Positions 18,045 to 27,685 are shown, counted from the stretch's first letter. The stretch is DNA of 64,000 nt from Candidatus Krumholzibacteriia bacterium (GCA_050174015.1 JBFXKG010000003.1:1-64000), one strand, 5' to 3'. A program made the numbers and translations. Notes: a model not told the origin generated them from the sequence alone.

Positions 18045-19076
18045 ATGTTCCGCGATGCCGCGACCGCCCTGCCCGCCCGGGGATTGCCCGCCCGGGGATT
18101 GCCCTTCCCGGGTCTGCTCTCCCTGGTTCTGTTCGCCCTGGTTCTGCTCGCCCCATCCCTTCCGTCCGCCGCGACCGATCCCGATCCCCTGCCGTCCTGG
18201 CGCGAGGGGGAGGTCAAGGCGGCCATCCTGGCGTTCGTCGCGGCGGTGAGCGATTCGGGCGGACCGGATTTCGTGCCTGCGTCCGAGCGCATCGCCGTCC
18301 TGGACAACGACGGGACGAGCTGGTGCGAGCGTCCTGACTACGTTCCGACCCGGTTCCAGGCCGACCTGTTGCGCGGCCTGGTTGCCGAGGGCCGGTTCGA
18401 CGGCGACGCCATGCCCTATCCCGCCTGGATCGCGGACGACCAGGAGGCCCTGCGGGACTTCGGGTGGCGGGAATCCTACGAGGCCCTGACCCGGGCCCTG
18501 GCGGGGATCGACATCGAGGAGTATCGCGAGGCCGCCCTGTCCTACCTGGAACGCCGCCGTCACGAGCGCTTCGATCGCCCCTACACCGAGCTCTACTATG
18601 CGCCCATGCTGGAGCTGATCGACCTGCTCGAGGCCCGCGACTTCCAGGTCTGGATCGTGACGGGCGCCGAACAGGCCTTCGTCCAGAGCTACAGCGAGCA
18701 GGTCCTGGGCATCCCGCCCGCCCGGGTGATCGGATCCTGGGTGACCCCGGTCTACGAGAACGACGACGGCGAGGTCAGGCTGACCAGGGGCGACGTCCAG
18801 ATCCCCAACGGGTACGAGCACAAGCCCGAGAACATCGCCGTGAGGATCGGCCGCCGGCCCATCTTCGCCGCCGGCAACAGCAACAACGACGAGCCCATGT
18901 GCCGTTACGCCCTGACCGGCAGGCACCGGAGCCTGGCCATCTGGATCAACCACGACGACCCGGACCGCGAATACGAGTACGGCCGCCGGGGCAGCCGCAT
19001 CGAGGAGCTGTGCGAGGAGAACCCCGCCGCCTTCGAGGTGAGCATGAAGCGGGACTGGGCGCGGGTGTTCCGCTAG
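18045..19076 (+). CDS. Secreted HAD-family hydrolase / phosphatase
   Basis: LPSW..G..K.AI, DNDGT, P.FAAGNS..D, SMKRDW. Confidence 0.8.
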   Translation: MFRDAATALPARGLPARGLPFPGLLSLVLFALVLLAPSLPSAATDPDPLPSWREGEVKAAILAFVAAVSDSGGPDFVPASERIAVLDNDGTSWCERPDYVPTRFQADLLRGLVAEGRFDGDAMPYPAWIADDQEALRDFGWRESYEALTRALAGIDIEEYREAALSYLERRRHERFDRPYTELYYAPMLELIDLLEARDFQVWIVTGAEQAFVQSYSEQVLGIPPARVIGSWVTPVYENDDGEVRLTRGDVQIPNGYEHKPENIAVRIGRRPIFAAGNSNNDEPMCRYALTGRHRSLAIWINHDDPDREYEYGRRGSRIEELCEENPAAFEVSMKRDWARVFR

Positions 19077-19084
19077 GGCCGGGG

Positions 19085-19723
19085 TCAGGCCCCGGGATCC
19101 TCCTCGTCCCCCTTGGCGTAGGGCAGGCGCTCCAGGCGCTCGGTCCGGTGATACGAATCGAGGCCGCTGACGGCGAGGCTGCCGGCGGCCTCGATGTCGA
19201 CGTAGCCGTCGGGGCCGATCAAGGCCTCGGGCACCATGATCTCCAGGACCTGCCCGATCACCAGGATCGTCCCGTTGGTCTTGATGTAGTGATCCTCCAG
19301 GTGCCGCAATCCCAGCTTCACCACGCTTTCCTTCACGTAGGGCGCCGGGTGCAGTTCCCCGTACTGCTCGGTCAGGCCGCAGCGGGCGAATTCGGACTCG
19401 CCTTCGGCGTACCGGGCCGAGGTCTGGTGCGCCTCCCGGTAGAATGCGCGCGTGACGTGGTTGACGGTGAACCAGCCGGTCTCGAGGATGTTCTGGAAGG
19501 TGTGCCGGGGGACGGTTTGCGGACGCACGATCAGCCCGATCAGCGAGGGGTTGGCCCCCACGTGGACGGCCGAGCTGAAGATCGCCAGGTTGGTGCGCCC
19601 GGACTCGTCGCGGGTCCCGATCAGGTTGGCGCTCTTCATCCCCGTCAGGCTGTTGAAGAACCGTGTGCGGTAGCGGGTCTCCATGGAGTCGAAGTCGGCC
19701 TTGTGCAGCACGGTGGGAATCAT
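19085..19723 (-). CDS. Flavin reductase family protein
   Basis: NSLTG.KSANLIGT, NLAIFSS..H.GANP, RHT..NI. Confidence 0.8.
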   Translation of the reverse strand: MIPTVLHKADFDSMETRYRTRFFNSLTGMKSANLIGTRDESGRTNLAIFSSAVHVGANPSLIGLIVRPQTVPRHTFQNILETGWFTVNHVTRAFYREAHQTSARYAEGESEFARCGLTEQYGELHPAPYVKESVVKLGLRHLEDHYIKTNGTILVIGQVLEIMVPEALIGPDGYVDIEAAGSLAVSGLDSYHRTERLERLPYAKGDEEDPGA

Positions 19724-19742
19724 GTCCGTCCTTTCCCGGTTG

Positions 19743-20588
19743 TCATGGCTTCCGCCGGCCGAGCCCGGCGGCCAGCTGGGCGGCCGCGTAGACCAGCCCC
19801 GTCAGCAGGACGATGGTGGCTCCGGCGGGCAGGTCCGCGCCGTAGCTGATCCCCAGCCCGGCCACCGTCAGCACCGAGCTGAGGGCCGCCGCCAGGACCA
19901 TGGTGGGCCAGAGGCGCCGCACGAACAGGCCCGCCACCGAGGCGGGCAGGGTCACCAGTGCGATCACCATGACGATCCCCACCACGTAGACCAGGGTCAC
20001 GATGGTCAGGGCGATCAGCATCAGCAGCAGGGTGTAGAGCCAGCCCACGCGGACCCCGCGCAGCCTGGCGAACTCCTCGTCGAAGCATACCGCGAGCAGG
20101 GGGTTGTAGAAAACCAGAACCAGCAGCAGGATCACCAGATCCAGGCCGATCAACAGGCGCAGGGCCACCGGATCGACCATGACGATGTTGCCGAATAGGT
20201 AGGTGATCAGGTCGGCCTTGTAGCCGGGGGTCTTGAACAGGAAGAACACCCCGACCGCCATCCCGACCGCCCACAACGCCGAGATGACCGTGTCCTCGCG
20301 CTCGCGGCTGCGGGCGCGCACCAGCCCGATCAGGCCCGCCCCCAGCAAGGCCGCGGCGACGGCCCCGTGCAGGGGGTGCAGCCACTGCCATCCCTGGGCC
20401 GCGCGCAGGTAGTAGGCGGCGCCCATCCCCCCCAGCACCGTGTGGGCCAGGCTGCCGGCGATCACGGTGATGCGGCGCGTCACCACGTAGGTGCCCACGA
20501 TCCCGCAGGCGACGCTGGCCAGCAGGCCCGCCAGGACGGCCTGCCGCAGGAAGGCGTGCTCGGCGAGGGCGGTGATGAACCCGTTCAT
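19743..20588 (-). CDS. znuB: Zn/Mn ABC transporter permease
   Basis: GTYVV.RR, H..LGG, YLFGNI, FDEEFA..RG. Confidence 0.8.
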   Translation of the reverse strand: MNGFITALAEHAFLRQAVLAGLLASVACGIVGTYVVTRRITVIAGSLAHTVLGGMGAAYYLRAAQGWQWLHPLHGAVAAALLGAGLIGLVRARSREREDTVISALWAVGMAVGVFFLFKTPGYKADLITYLFGNIVMVDPVALRLLIGLDLVILLLVLVFYNPLLAVCFDEEFARLRGVRVGWLYTLLLMLIALTIVTLVYVVGIVMVIALVTLPASVAGLFVRRLWPTMVLAAALSSVLTVAGLGISYGADLPAGATIVLLTGLVYAAAQLAAGLGRRKP

Positions 20589-21388
20589 GGCCGGCCTCCC
20601 GGACCGCCGCCGTGGTCCTGATCGTGGTGGTGCGGGTGGTGATGGTGGTCGTGGTGGACCAGGGACAGCCCGCTGCTGCCGGGGAACAGGCCGGCCAGGG
20701 CGCCGGAGATCTCGCTGGCCGGATGCTCGTCGATCCCCTGGCTCACGCAAAGGATCGAGTCGACGTGGCGGGACACCGAGCTGACGTCGTGGGACACCAG
20801 AACCACGGTCATCCGCTCGTTCAGGCGGTGCAGCAGCTCGAACAGGTCGTCCTGCACGCTGGGGTCGAGGCTGGCGGTCGGTTCGTCCAGCAGCAGCAGT
20901 TCGGGACGGCAGGCCAGGGCGCGGGCGATCAGCACCCGCTGCCGTTGCCCGCCGCTCAGGGCGCTGAAGGGCCGGCCCTCCAGGTCGAGGGCCTCGGCCT
21001 CCTGCAAGGCGGCACGGACGATCTCCCGGTCGTCGCGGCGGTAGGGACCGGCCAGGCGGCCCGGCCTCAGCCGCCCCATGAGGACGACGTCGGTGACCGT
21101 GACCGGGAACTGGGGATCGACGTGGGCGTGCTGGGGCATGTAGCCCACGCGGGCGCGGCCGCGCCGGGGGCTCTCGCCGAACAGGCGCACCTGGCCGCGG
21201 TCGGGCCGCAGCAGGCCGAGGACCAGGCGCAGCAGGGTGGTCTTGCCGCCGCCGTTGGGCCCCACGATGGAGACGAAGGCGCCGGCGGGAATCACCGCCC
21301 GGGCGCCGGTGAACACCGGCTGTCCGCGATAGCCGAAGTGCAGGTCGGTGATTTCCACCACGGGAGGATGTCGGGGATCAACGGTCAT
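20585..21388 (-). CDS. znuC: Zn/Mn ABC transporter ATP-binding protein, His-rich tail
   Basis: GPNGGGKTT, LSGGQRQR, LLLDEP; HHDHHHHPHHHD tail. Confidence 0.85.
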   Translation of the reverse strand: MTVDPRHPPVVEITDLHFGYRGQPVFTGARAVIPAGAFVSIVGPNGGGKTTLLRLVLGLLRPDRGQVRLFGESPRRGRARVGYMPQHAHVDPQFPVTVTDVVLMGRLRPGRLAGPYRRDDREIVRAALQEAEALDLEGRPFSALSGGQRQRVLIARALACRPELLLLDEPTASLDPSVQDDLFELLHRLNERMTVVLVSHDVSSVSRHVDSILCVSQGIDEHPASEISGALAGLFPGSSGLSLVHHDHHHHPHHHDQDHGGGPGGRP

Positions 21389-22274
21389 CCAGGGCCTCCC
21401 TGATCGTGTGGGCCATGGCGCGCAGGTTCCCGATGACGTCGGGGGCCAGGGGATCCAGGACCACCAGTTCCACTCCGGCGTCGCGGGCGACGGCCTGGGC
21501 CGAACCCAGCGAGAACTGCGGCTGGACGAAGACGGCGCGGGACCCCTGGGCCTTGATGCGGCCGAGGACCTCGGCCAGGTGGCGCGGGGACGGATCGATG
21601 CCGCCCTGCTCGATGGCGGTCTGCCGCAGGCCGTACGCCTGGGTGAAGTAGCCGTATGCCGGATGGAACACGAACACCTCGCGACCCCTCACGGGAGCCA
21701 GGATCTCCCTGATCTCGCGGTCCAGTCGGGCGAGTTCGTCCTGCAGGCTGTCGCTGCGGGCCGCGTAGAGTGCGGCGCCGTCGGGATCGAGCTCCGCCAG
21801 TCCGGCCGCCATGACCTCCACCATCCGGGCCAGCAGCACGGGGTCCAGCCACAGGTGGGGATCGAGACCTCCGGAGTCCTCGTGGCCGTGGCCGTCCCCG
21901 TGATCGTGCTCGTGACCGTCCAGGGCCAGCCGCGGCAGGCCCGCTGCGGTATCGACGATCCGCATCCGGGGGTAGGAACTCCGCAGCCGGGGCAGCAGCT
22001 GGTTCTCCATGGGAGCGCCGCAGGCGAAGAAGATCGAGGCTCCGGCCAGGGTTCCCATGTGCCGGGGGCTGGGGTCGAAGGAGTGGGGGGCCTGACCCGG
22101 AGCAACCGCCGTGACCACGGCCAGGCGGCCGGCGCCGAGGGCCTCGACCAGACCCTGCTGGGGCAGGATGCTGACGGCGACCGTCAGGCCCTTCCCAGCC
22201 CCGGGATCCGGGGACGAGCATCCGCCCGCCACGGCGGCCAGGGCCAGGGCCAAGATGATGCGCACTGCGGTCAT
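21378..22274 (-). CDS. znuA: Zn ABC transporter substrate-binding lipoprotein
   Basis: Lipobox AGGC; PHSFDPSP, His-rich loop, DPHLWLDP, HPAYGYF. Confidence 0.85.
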   Translation of the reverse strand: MTAVRIILALALAAVAGGCSSPDPGAGKGLTVAVSILPQQGLVEALGAGRLAVVTAVAPGQAPHSFDPSPRHMGTLAGASIFFACGAPMENQLLPRLRSSYPRMRIVDTAAGLPRLALDGHEHDHGDGHGHEDSGGLDPHLWLDPVLLARMVEVMAAGLAELDPDGAALYAARSDSLQDELARLDREIREILAPVRGREVFVFHPAYGYFTQAYGLRQTAIEQGGIDPSPRHLAEVLGRIKAQGSRAVFVQPQFSLGSAQAVARDAGVELVVLDPLAPDVIGNLRAMAHTIREALDDR

Positions 22275-22708
22275 CCCTTGCCTCCCCGGCTGCTGCAGGC
22301 GTCGCACTGGCCCCTCAGCTGGATCTCGTAGCGCCCCTGGCTCAGGGCGCGGTTGATCCCCTTGACGGGACCGACGCCAAGCTCGATGACGGGCAGGCAG
22401 ACCATCTTGCCGCAGTTGCTGCAGAGGAAGTGGGGATGGGACCTGACCCCGTGTTCCTTGGCGGCGTCCTCGAAGCGCCAGACCGGCTCGCCCAGCTGGG
22501 TGCGTCGGACCAGGCCGGCCTTCTCCAGATCGATGAGGTTGCGGTACAGGGTGGCGCGGCTCCAGGGCGAATCCTCGAGGGTCTGGGCGATTTCCCCGTG
22601 GCTGAGGGGTGACGACGCTTCCCGCAGGAGTCCCAAAACGGCCAGGCGGGCGCCGGTGGCCCGGAGTCCGGAATCCTGCAATTCTTTGCGAAGGATGTCG
22701 TTGCTCAT
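22271..22708 (-). CDS. Fur-family transcriptional regulator (probably Zur)
   Basis: LR.T..RLAVL, ATLYRNL, HPHFLCSNCG, C-terminal CxxC; heads the znuACB operon. Confidence 0.85.
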   Translation of the reverse strand: MSNDILRKELQDSGLRATGARLAVLGLLREASSPLSHGEIAQTLEDSPWSRATLYRNLIDLEKAGLVRRTQLGEPVWRFEDAAKEHGVRSHPHFLCSNCGKMVCLPVIELGVGPVKGINRALSQGRYEIQLRGQCDACSSRGGKG

Positions 22709-22748
22709 TCCATGCCGTCCTTATTCTGGCCGATCCGGGAATCCCCGG

Positions 22749-22806
22749 TTGCCATGATCCCCGTCCGATTTTATAATGCAACAGTGATTCAATTGCAACA
22801 TCATTC
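22749..22806 (+). promoter_or_regulatory. Sigma70 promoter (TTGCCA-17-TATAAT) overlapped by putative Fur/Zur operator (TGCAACA twice)
   Basis: -35 at 22749-22754, -10 at 22772-22777; TGCAACA at 22777 and 22794, between the divergent metal operons. Confidence 0.55.
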
Positions 22807-22843
22807 CGTTTCCGGAACCCTGACCGGAGTCCCGTCGAAGCCC

Positions 22844-23119
22844 ATGCCCTCCTGGCCGAAATCCCTGCTGGCGATCCTGCTGGCCGCCTCGGTGGCCCTG
22901 CTGTTGCTGGGGGCGGGGATCCACGTCCACGACCATGGCGATGGTGCGGGTTGCCTGTGGTGCGTGGCGGCTCTCGGCGGCGCTGTGATCACCGCAGGAG
23001 TCTGCCTGCCGACCGCCGGCCGGCCGGTCGTCCGCAGGCTGCCGTCGGCCTTGCGGTCCCGGGTCCGGGGCGGGATCCATCCTCTTCCCTTCCTGCGCGC
23101 TCCACCGGCCTGCGTCTGA
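22844..23119 (+). CDS. DUF2946-like leader peptide (TM/signal, HxHxH, CxxC, C-terminal RAPP)
   Basis: MPSWPKSLLAILLAASVALLLLGAGIHVHDHGDGAGCLWC...PFLRAPPACV. Confidence 0.7.
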   Translation: MPSWPKSLLAILLAASVALLLLGAGIHVHDHGDGAGCLWCVAALGGAVITAGVCLPTAGRPVVRRLPSALRSRVRGGIHPLPFLRAPPACV

Positions 23120-23192
23120 ACCCCTGTTTCCAGACGCTGGACCTGCCGCCGTCCCGGCGGTAGGGTCGTCCCGAACCGGAAGGAGCGGTCCC

Positions 23193-24512
23193 ATGACCTT
23201 CAGAATCCTGCTCGTCATCATCTCGCTCGCCCTGGCTGCCGGATTCCCGGCCCGCGCCGAAAAAGACACCGCGCCGCTGGGCGCCTGGCAGAACCCCGAC
23301 ATCGGACTGGTCTACGACCTGAAGATGGACTGGCACAACGCCGACAGGGATGCGGACGGGTCCCGCCGCTGGACGACCCGCGGCTTCGACCTCGCCACTG
23401 CCGAACTGTCGGTGGGCGCGGAGGCCGATCCCTTCGGCCGCATCGACTTCAACGCCATGTTCTTCGAGGAAGGGGCCGAGATCCACGAGCTCTTCTTCAC
23501 CATGCCGGCCCTGCCGTTCGGCCTGAAGGCCCAGGGCGGGCAGTTCCTGGCCAGCTTCGGGCGCTGGAGCCGGTTCCACGCCCACGCCATGCCCTTCGCC
23601 AGTGAACCGCGCATCCTCCGGGAGTACCTCGGCGGGCACCTGATGCCCCAGGGTCTCGAGCTGAGCTGGCTCGCTCCCACCGATCATTACCTCGAGTTCA
23701 GGGGCGGGATGTTCAACGGGATCGAGGGGCACGGCCACGATTCCGATCCCGCGGGACCGGGCGATGCCTACGGTCCCGACAACCCTCCGCCGGGCTGCCA
23801 CTACCACGACGGCGAACTGCACTGCCCCGACGATCCCGAAGCCGAGGCCTACTACCGTTCACTGCTGGAGGATCCCGAAGCCCCGGTCGCTCCCGGGCCC
23901 AATCGCGGCCTGGAGGACCTGGCCTGGCTGGGCCGCGTTCAGTCCAGCCTGGAGATGGGGGATGCCTGGAGCGTGGACCTGGGCGCGAGCGTCATCCACC
24001 AGGAAAACCACCGCAGTTCGGTGCGGTTCGAAGGCTGGGACTACGCCAAGACCGTCGCGGGCTTCGACGTGACCTTCTTCTGGAGCCCGCCCGAGCAGAA
24101 CCTCTACCGCGGCCTGGACTTCGGCGTGGAGTACCTGCGCAACCGCGAGCAGTTCGAGACCCGGCACGAGGAGGAGCACGAGGACCCTGCGGTCGCCGTC
24201 CCTGCCGCGGAGTACGAGGGCGAATGGCTGCGCGAAACCCTGACCCGCGACGGCTTCTTCACCTGGGCGCGCTACCGGGCCAGCCGCCGCTGGGAGTTCG
24301 GGTCGTACCTCGAATCCTTCGCCGCACGCACGGGCCCCGCGAGCGACCGCACGCGGATCGGCGGCTTCCTGACCTTCAACGTCAGCCACTACCAGAAGCT
24401 GCGCCTGGAGTACGTGCACGACGACCGGGGCGACTTCGCCGAGGGCGTGGACCAGGTCATCCTGCAGTTCGACGGCCTGATCGGCTATCACACCCACGGG
24501 AGGCAGCGATGA
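23193..24512 (+). CDS. Outer-membrane beta-barrel, zinc-regulated porin/receptor-like
   Basis: Signal peptide; NPDIG, E.ELS..A.ADPF, FGR....HAH; His/Cys insert (CHYHDGELHC); C-terminal IGYHTH. Confidence 0.65.
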   Translation: MTFRILLVIISLALAAGFPARAEKDTAPLGAWQNPDIGLVYDLKMDWHNADRDADGSRRWTTRGFDLATAELSVGAEADPFGRIDFNAMFFEEGAEIHELFFTMPALPFGLKAQGGQFLASFGRWSRFHAHAMPFASEPRILREYLGGHLMPQGLELSWLAPTDHYLEFRGGMFNGIEGHGHDSDPAGPGDAYGPDNPPPGCHYHDGELHCPDDPEAEAYYRSLLEDPEAPVAPGPNRGLEDLAWLGRVQSSLEMGDAWSVDLGASVIHQENHRSSVRFEGWDYAKTVAGFDVTFFWSPPEQNLYRGLDFGVEYLRNREQFETRHEEEHEDPAVAVPAAEYEGEWLRETLTRDGFFTWARYRASRRWEFGSYLESFAARTGPASDRTRIGGFLTFNVSHYQKLRLEYVHDDRGDFAEGVDQVILQFDGLIGYHTHGRQR

Positions 24513-25456
24513 GGAAGCTGCTCGGAATCCGGTTGCCGGCGCCGGCGGCGCTCCTGGTGCTGACCGCGTTGTCGGCGTCGACGACCGCCGGGCCGGCGGT
24601 GGCCGGCGTGGTGGACGTGGTGGCCTCGGTTCCCGATCTGGGGGACATGGCCGTCCGCATCGGCGGGGACCGGGTGAAGGTCACGGTCCTGGCGAGCGGC
24701 CGCGAGGACCTGCACGGGGTGCCGGTGCGCCCCAGCTTCATCCCCAAGCTGCACCGGGCCGACCTGCTGCTGAGCCTGGGGCTGGATGCGGAGCACGCCT
24801 GGCTGCCCGCCCTGGCCGCCGACGCGCGGAACAACCGCATCCGCGAGGGTCGGGAGGGCTGGATCGAGGTATATCCGGGCATCGTGATCCTGGGAACGCC
24901 CCAGGTCATCAGCCGAGCCGAGGGGGAGCAGCATCCCCAGGGCAATCCCCACTTCAACATCGGCCCCCAGTGCGGTCGGATCATGGCGGGGAACGTCGCC
25001 AGGGCCCTCGCGGAGTTCGATCCCGACGGCGCGGATGCCTACGAGGCCGGCCTCGCCGCCTATCTCGCGGAGATCGAACCGGCCGTCGAACGTCTGCGCG
25101 CCGAGGGCGCCCCCCTGCAGGGCGTCAAGGTGGTCAGCTACCACGCGGACATCCCCTACCTGGCCGAATTCTACGGGATGGAGGTCGTGGGGACGCTCGA
25201 GCCCAAGCCGGGAATCGAACCCTCGGCCGGCCACCTGGCCGAGCTGGCGACCGTCGCGGCGGCCCAGGGCGTGCGGCTGGTCATCCACAACCAGGCGCAG
25301 CCGTCCAAGCTGCCCGGCCAGTTCGCCGAGCGGATCGGCGCTGCCGACGTGATGATCGGCAACATGGCCGGGGCCCTCGAGAGCGCCGGCACCTGGCTGG
25401 AGCTGCAGCGATACAACCTGCAGGCCCTGCTGGCGGGCCTGGAGTCGGCGCCATGA
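24509..25456 (+). CDS. Metal ABC transporter substrate-binding protein
   Basis: ED.H.V..RPS, H.QGNPH, YH...YLA, EPKPGIEPSAGHL. Confidence 0.85.
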   Translation: MRKLLGIRLPAPAALLVLTALSASTTAGPAVAGVVDVVASVPDLGDMAVRIGGDRVKVTVLASGREDLHGVPVRPSFIPKLHRADLLLSLGLDAEHAWLPALAADARNNRIREGREGWIEVYPGIVILGTPQVISRAEGEQHPQGNPHFNIGPQCGRIMAGNVARALAEFDPDGADAYEAGLAAYLAEIEPAVERLRAEGAPLQGVKVVSYHADIPYLAEFYGMEVVGTLEPKPGIEPSAGHLAELATVAAAQGVRLVIHNQAQPSKLPGQFAERIGAADVMIGNMAGALESAGTWLELQRYNLQALLAGLESAP

Positions 25457-26088
25457 CCGGCCGGCCTCTGCTGGAGGTCCGGGATGCGGCCTGGGGCTAC
25501 CGCCTGGCCGGCGGCTGGTTCACGCCGGCCGTCCCGGTGAGCTTCACGGTCGCCTCGGGCGAGATCGTCCTGCTCAGCGGGGACAACGGTTCGGGCAAGA
25601 CCACCATCCTGCGGGGCATCCTCGGCCTGGTGGACCGGCGGGCGGGGGAAGTGGCCTGGGGGATCGAATCGAGCGGCATGGGGTACGTGCCCCAGGAATC
25701 GGTCATCGACCGCTCGGCCCCGGCCACGGCCCTGGACGTTGTGAGGTCCGGTCATCCCCACCGCTGGGGCAAAGGCCTGGACGGCGCCAGATCCGCCCTG
25801 GCCATGGTGGGTCTGGAGGGGAAGGAAGACGTCCTGTACGGAAGCCTCAGCGGAGGCCAGCGCCAGCGGGTCCTGATGGCGCGCGCCCTGGTGGGGGAAC
25901 CCCGCCTGCTGATCCTGGACGAGCCCACGGTGAACTTCGATGCGGGCACGGCCGGGCAGATCGGTCGCCTGCTGCAGGACCTGGCCGCAACGGGTCCGGG
26001 CATGGTCATCACGTCCCACGTGCGCGACTGGATCAGGGCAGCGCGCGAGGTCCGCGTCACCGCCGCGGGGGGGGCCGCCCATGGGTGA
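25453..26088 (+). CDS. Metal ABC transporter ATP-binding protein
   Basis: GDNGSGKTT, GYVPQ, LSGGQRQR, LILDEP. Confidence 0.85.
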   Translation: MTGRPLLEVRDAAWGYRLAGGWFTPAVPVSFTVASGEIVLLSGDNGSGKTTILRGILGLVDRRAGEVAWGIESSGMGYVPQESVIDRSAPATALDVVRSGHPHRWGKGLDGARSALAMVGLEGKEDVLYGSLSGGQRQRVLMARALVGEPRLLILDEPTVNFDAGTAGQIGRLLQDLAATGPGMVITSHVRDWIRAAREVRVTAAGGAAHG

Positions 26089-26914
26089 TTTCTGGCTGGT
26101 GCTGCAGTTCAGCTGGGTGCCCTTCGCCGGGGCCGCCTGCTACGCCCTGACCGCGGCGCCCCTGGGGGCCGCCCTTTCCCTGCGCGACGAGATCCTGCTG
26201 GGCCTGGCGTTGCCCCCGGTGGGGGCGGCGGCCATCGTGCTGGCGGTGATGCTGGGGGTGGATCCGGATTCGTCCGCGCCGCTCTACTTCTCGGCGGTGG
26301 CCGCGATCCTGGCCGTGAGTCTGATGCTGCCCGGCCCGCGGGCCCAGGGCGGGTCGGTGCGCTGGCGGGCGGTGCTGCTGGCGGGGGTGTTCTGTGCCGG
26401 GGAAGCGGCGACCCTGCTCATGGGGGCGGCCAGCCCCCGGGTCGAGGCCCACGTCCATGACATGCTGCGCGGCGAGATCCTGGCCATGGACGCCCGCGAG
26501 CTGTGGGGGTTCGTGATCCTGACGGCCGTGGCGATCGCGGTCGCCTTCCGCAACCGGGGTCTGCTGTACGCCCTGGCCCTGGACCAGGAAGGGCTGGTCA
26601 TCAAGCTGAAGAAGCGAGGGGATCGGGCGGTGCTGGGGTTCCGGGTGGCCAGCGCCCTGGTCATCGCCGCCGGGGTGATCTGGGTCGGACCCTTGCTCAC
26701 CCTGGGCCTGCTGGCGGTGCCGACCCTGCTGTGGGAGCGCCGGGCCCGCCGCCTGAACAACCTGATGACGGGGGTCACGGCCATCGGTTTCCTGGGCGTC
26801 GTGCTCGGCTTCTGCGTGGCCATCCTCCTGGACATGCCGCCGGTCCCGGTGGTCATCGCCGCCCTGTTCGCCGTGGGGGGCGCGGCGGCGGTCGCCTGTT
26901 GCCGGCGAGGTTGA
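26081..26914 (+). CDS. Metal ABC transporter permease (divergent)
   Basis: Multiple TM helices, L.GEIL motif, translationally coupled to the ATPase. Confidence 0.7.
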   Translation: MGDFWLVLQFSWVPFAGAACYALTAAPLGAALSLRDEILLGLALPPVGAAAIVLAVMLGVDPDSSAPLYFSAVAAILAVSLMLPGPRAQGGSVRWRAVLLAGVFCAGEAATLLMGAASPRVEAHVHDMLRGEILAMDARELWGFVILTAVAIAVAFRNRGLLYALALDQEGLVIKLKKRGDRAVLGFRVASALVIAAGVIWVGPLLTLGLLAVPTLLWERRARRLNNLMTGVTAIGFLGVVLGFCVAILLDMPPVPVVIAALFAVGGAAAVACCRRG

Positions 26915-26947
26915 ACACTCGGGGATCCCGGGACCAGGACGTCAATG

Positions 26948-27334
26948 TCAGGCCAGGCGCCAGGCCGCGACTGCGGCCAGGGCCCAGCCGGCCAGGAGGC
27001 AGGCCCCGCCCAGGGGCGTGATCGCCCCCAGCGCCTTCACGCCCGTCAACGTCATGGCGTAAAGGCTGCCGCTGAACAGCACGATGCCAGCGAGCAGGAA
27101 CCATCCGCCCACGGTGGTCAGGGAGCCGGGGACCCGGGCCGCGAGGTAGGCCATCAGGACCAGGGCCAGGGCGTGGGTCAGGTGGTAGTGGGCGGCGGTC
27201 TGCCACCAGTCGAGCCGCTGGGCCTGGTCGGGCAGGTGGGCCAGCCGGGTTTTCAGGCCGTGGGCGCCGAAGGCCCCGAGGGCGACGGCCAGGAAGCCGT
27301 TGGTCGAGGCCAGGATCAGGAAGAGCCGCTCCAT
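26948..27334 (-). CDS. DUF423 (YgdD) membrane protein
   Basis: LGAFGAHGL, YH..HALAL, FSGSLY, GAITPLGG. Confidence 0.9.
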   Translation of the reverse strand: MERLFLILASTNGFLAVALGAFGAHGLKTRLAHLPDQAQRLDWWQTAAHYHLTHALALVLMAYLAARVPGSLTTVGGWFLLAGIVLFSGSLYAMTLTGVKALGAITPLGGACLLAGWALAAVAAWRLA

Positions 27335-27349
27335 GCATACCTCCGTGGG

Positions 27350-27432
27350 GGGAATGGTTGCCACGGCAACCATTCCCGTACGGGCAACTTCATTGCCGGC
27401 AACGAACCGAATGGTTGATACGGCAACCAATC
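27350..27432. promoter_or_regulatory. Array of GTTGCC/GGCAAC palindromes (putative operators)
   Basis: Perfect 13-bp-arm palindrome gggaatggttgcc-ac-ggcaaccattccc (27350-27377); 21/24-identical copy at 27409-27432; GGCAAC at 27365, 27383, 27398, 27422. Confidence 0.5.
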
Positions 27433-27685
27433 TACCATGGACCACCCCGGACCGCCCCCACCCCGATCATTCGGCTGGAACATCCCCCCTGGTTGACGGT
27501 TCGAATTCCCGGCGGTTAAACTGGGCGTTCCGGTCACGGATTCCTCTTGCCGGCCCCGCACCGGTGGCCGGGCGGGGAGCGTGATCCCCATTCAGGATTT
27601 CTTCCATTTCCGACACATCCGGGGCAGGTGGTCCGTAAGCATGGTGGACGGTTTCTTCATGCCGGAAGGAGGATCGGGCGGCGCC

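Noticed and set aside
18068..18150. Short tandem duplications (LPARG twice; ccctggttctg twice)
   Set aside because: Low-complexity slippage in a signal-peptide region; no sign of function.
19040..19076. HAD protein ending DWARVFR as a fifth WGxxKxxR member
   Set aside because: Lacks G and K and has different spacing; MKxDW is a family motif.
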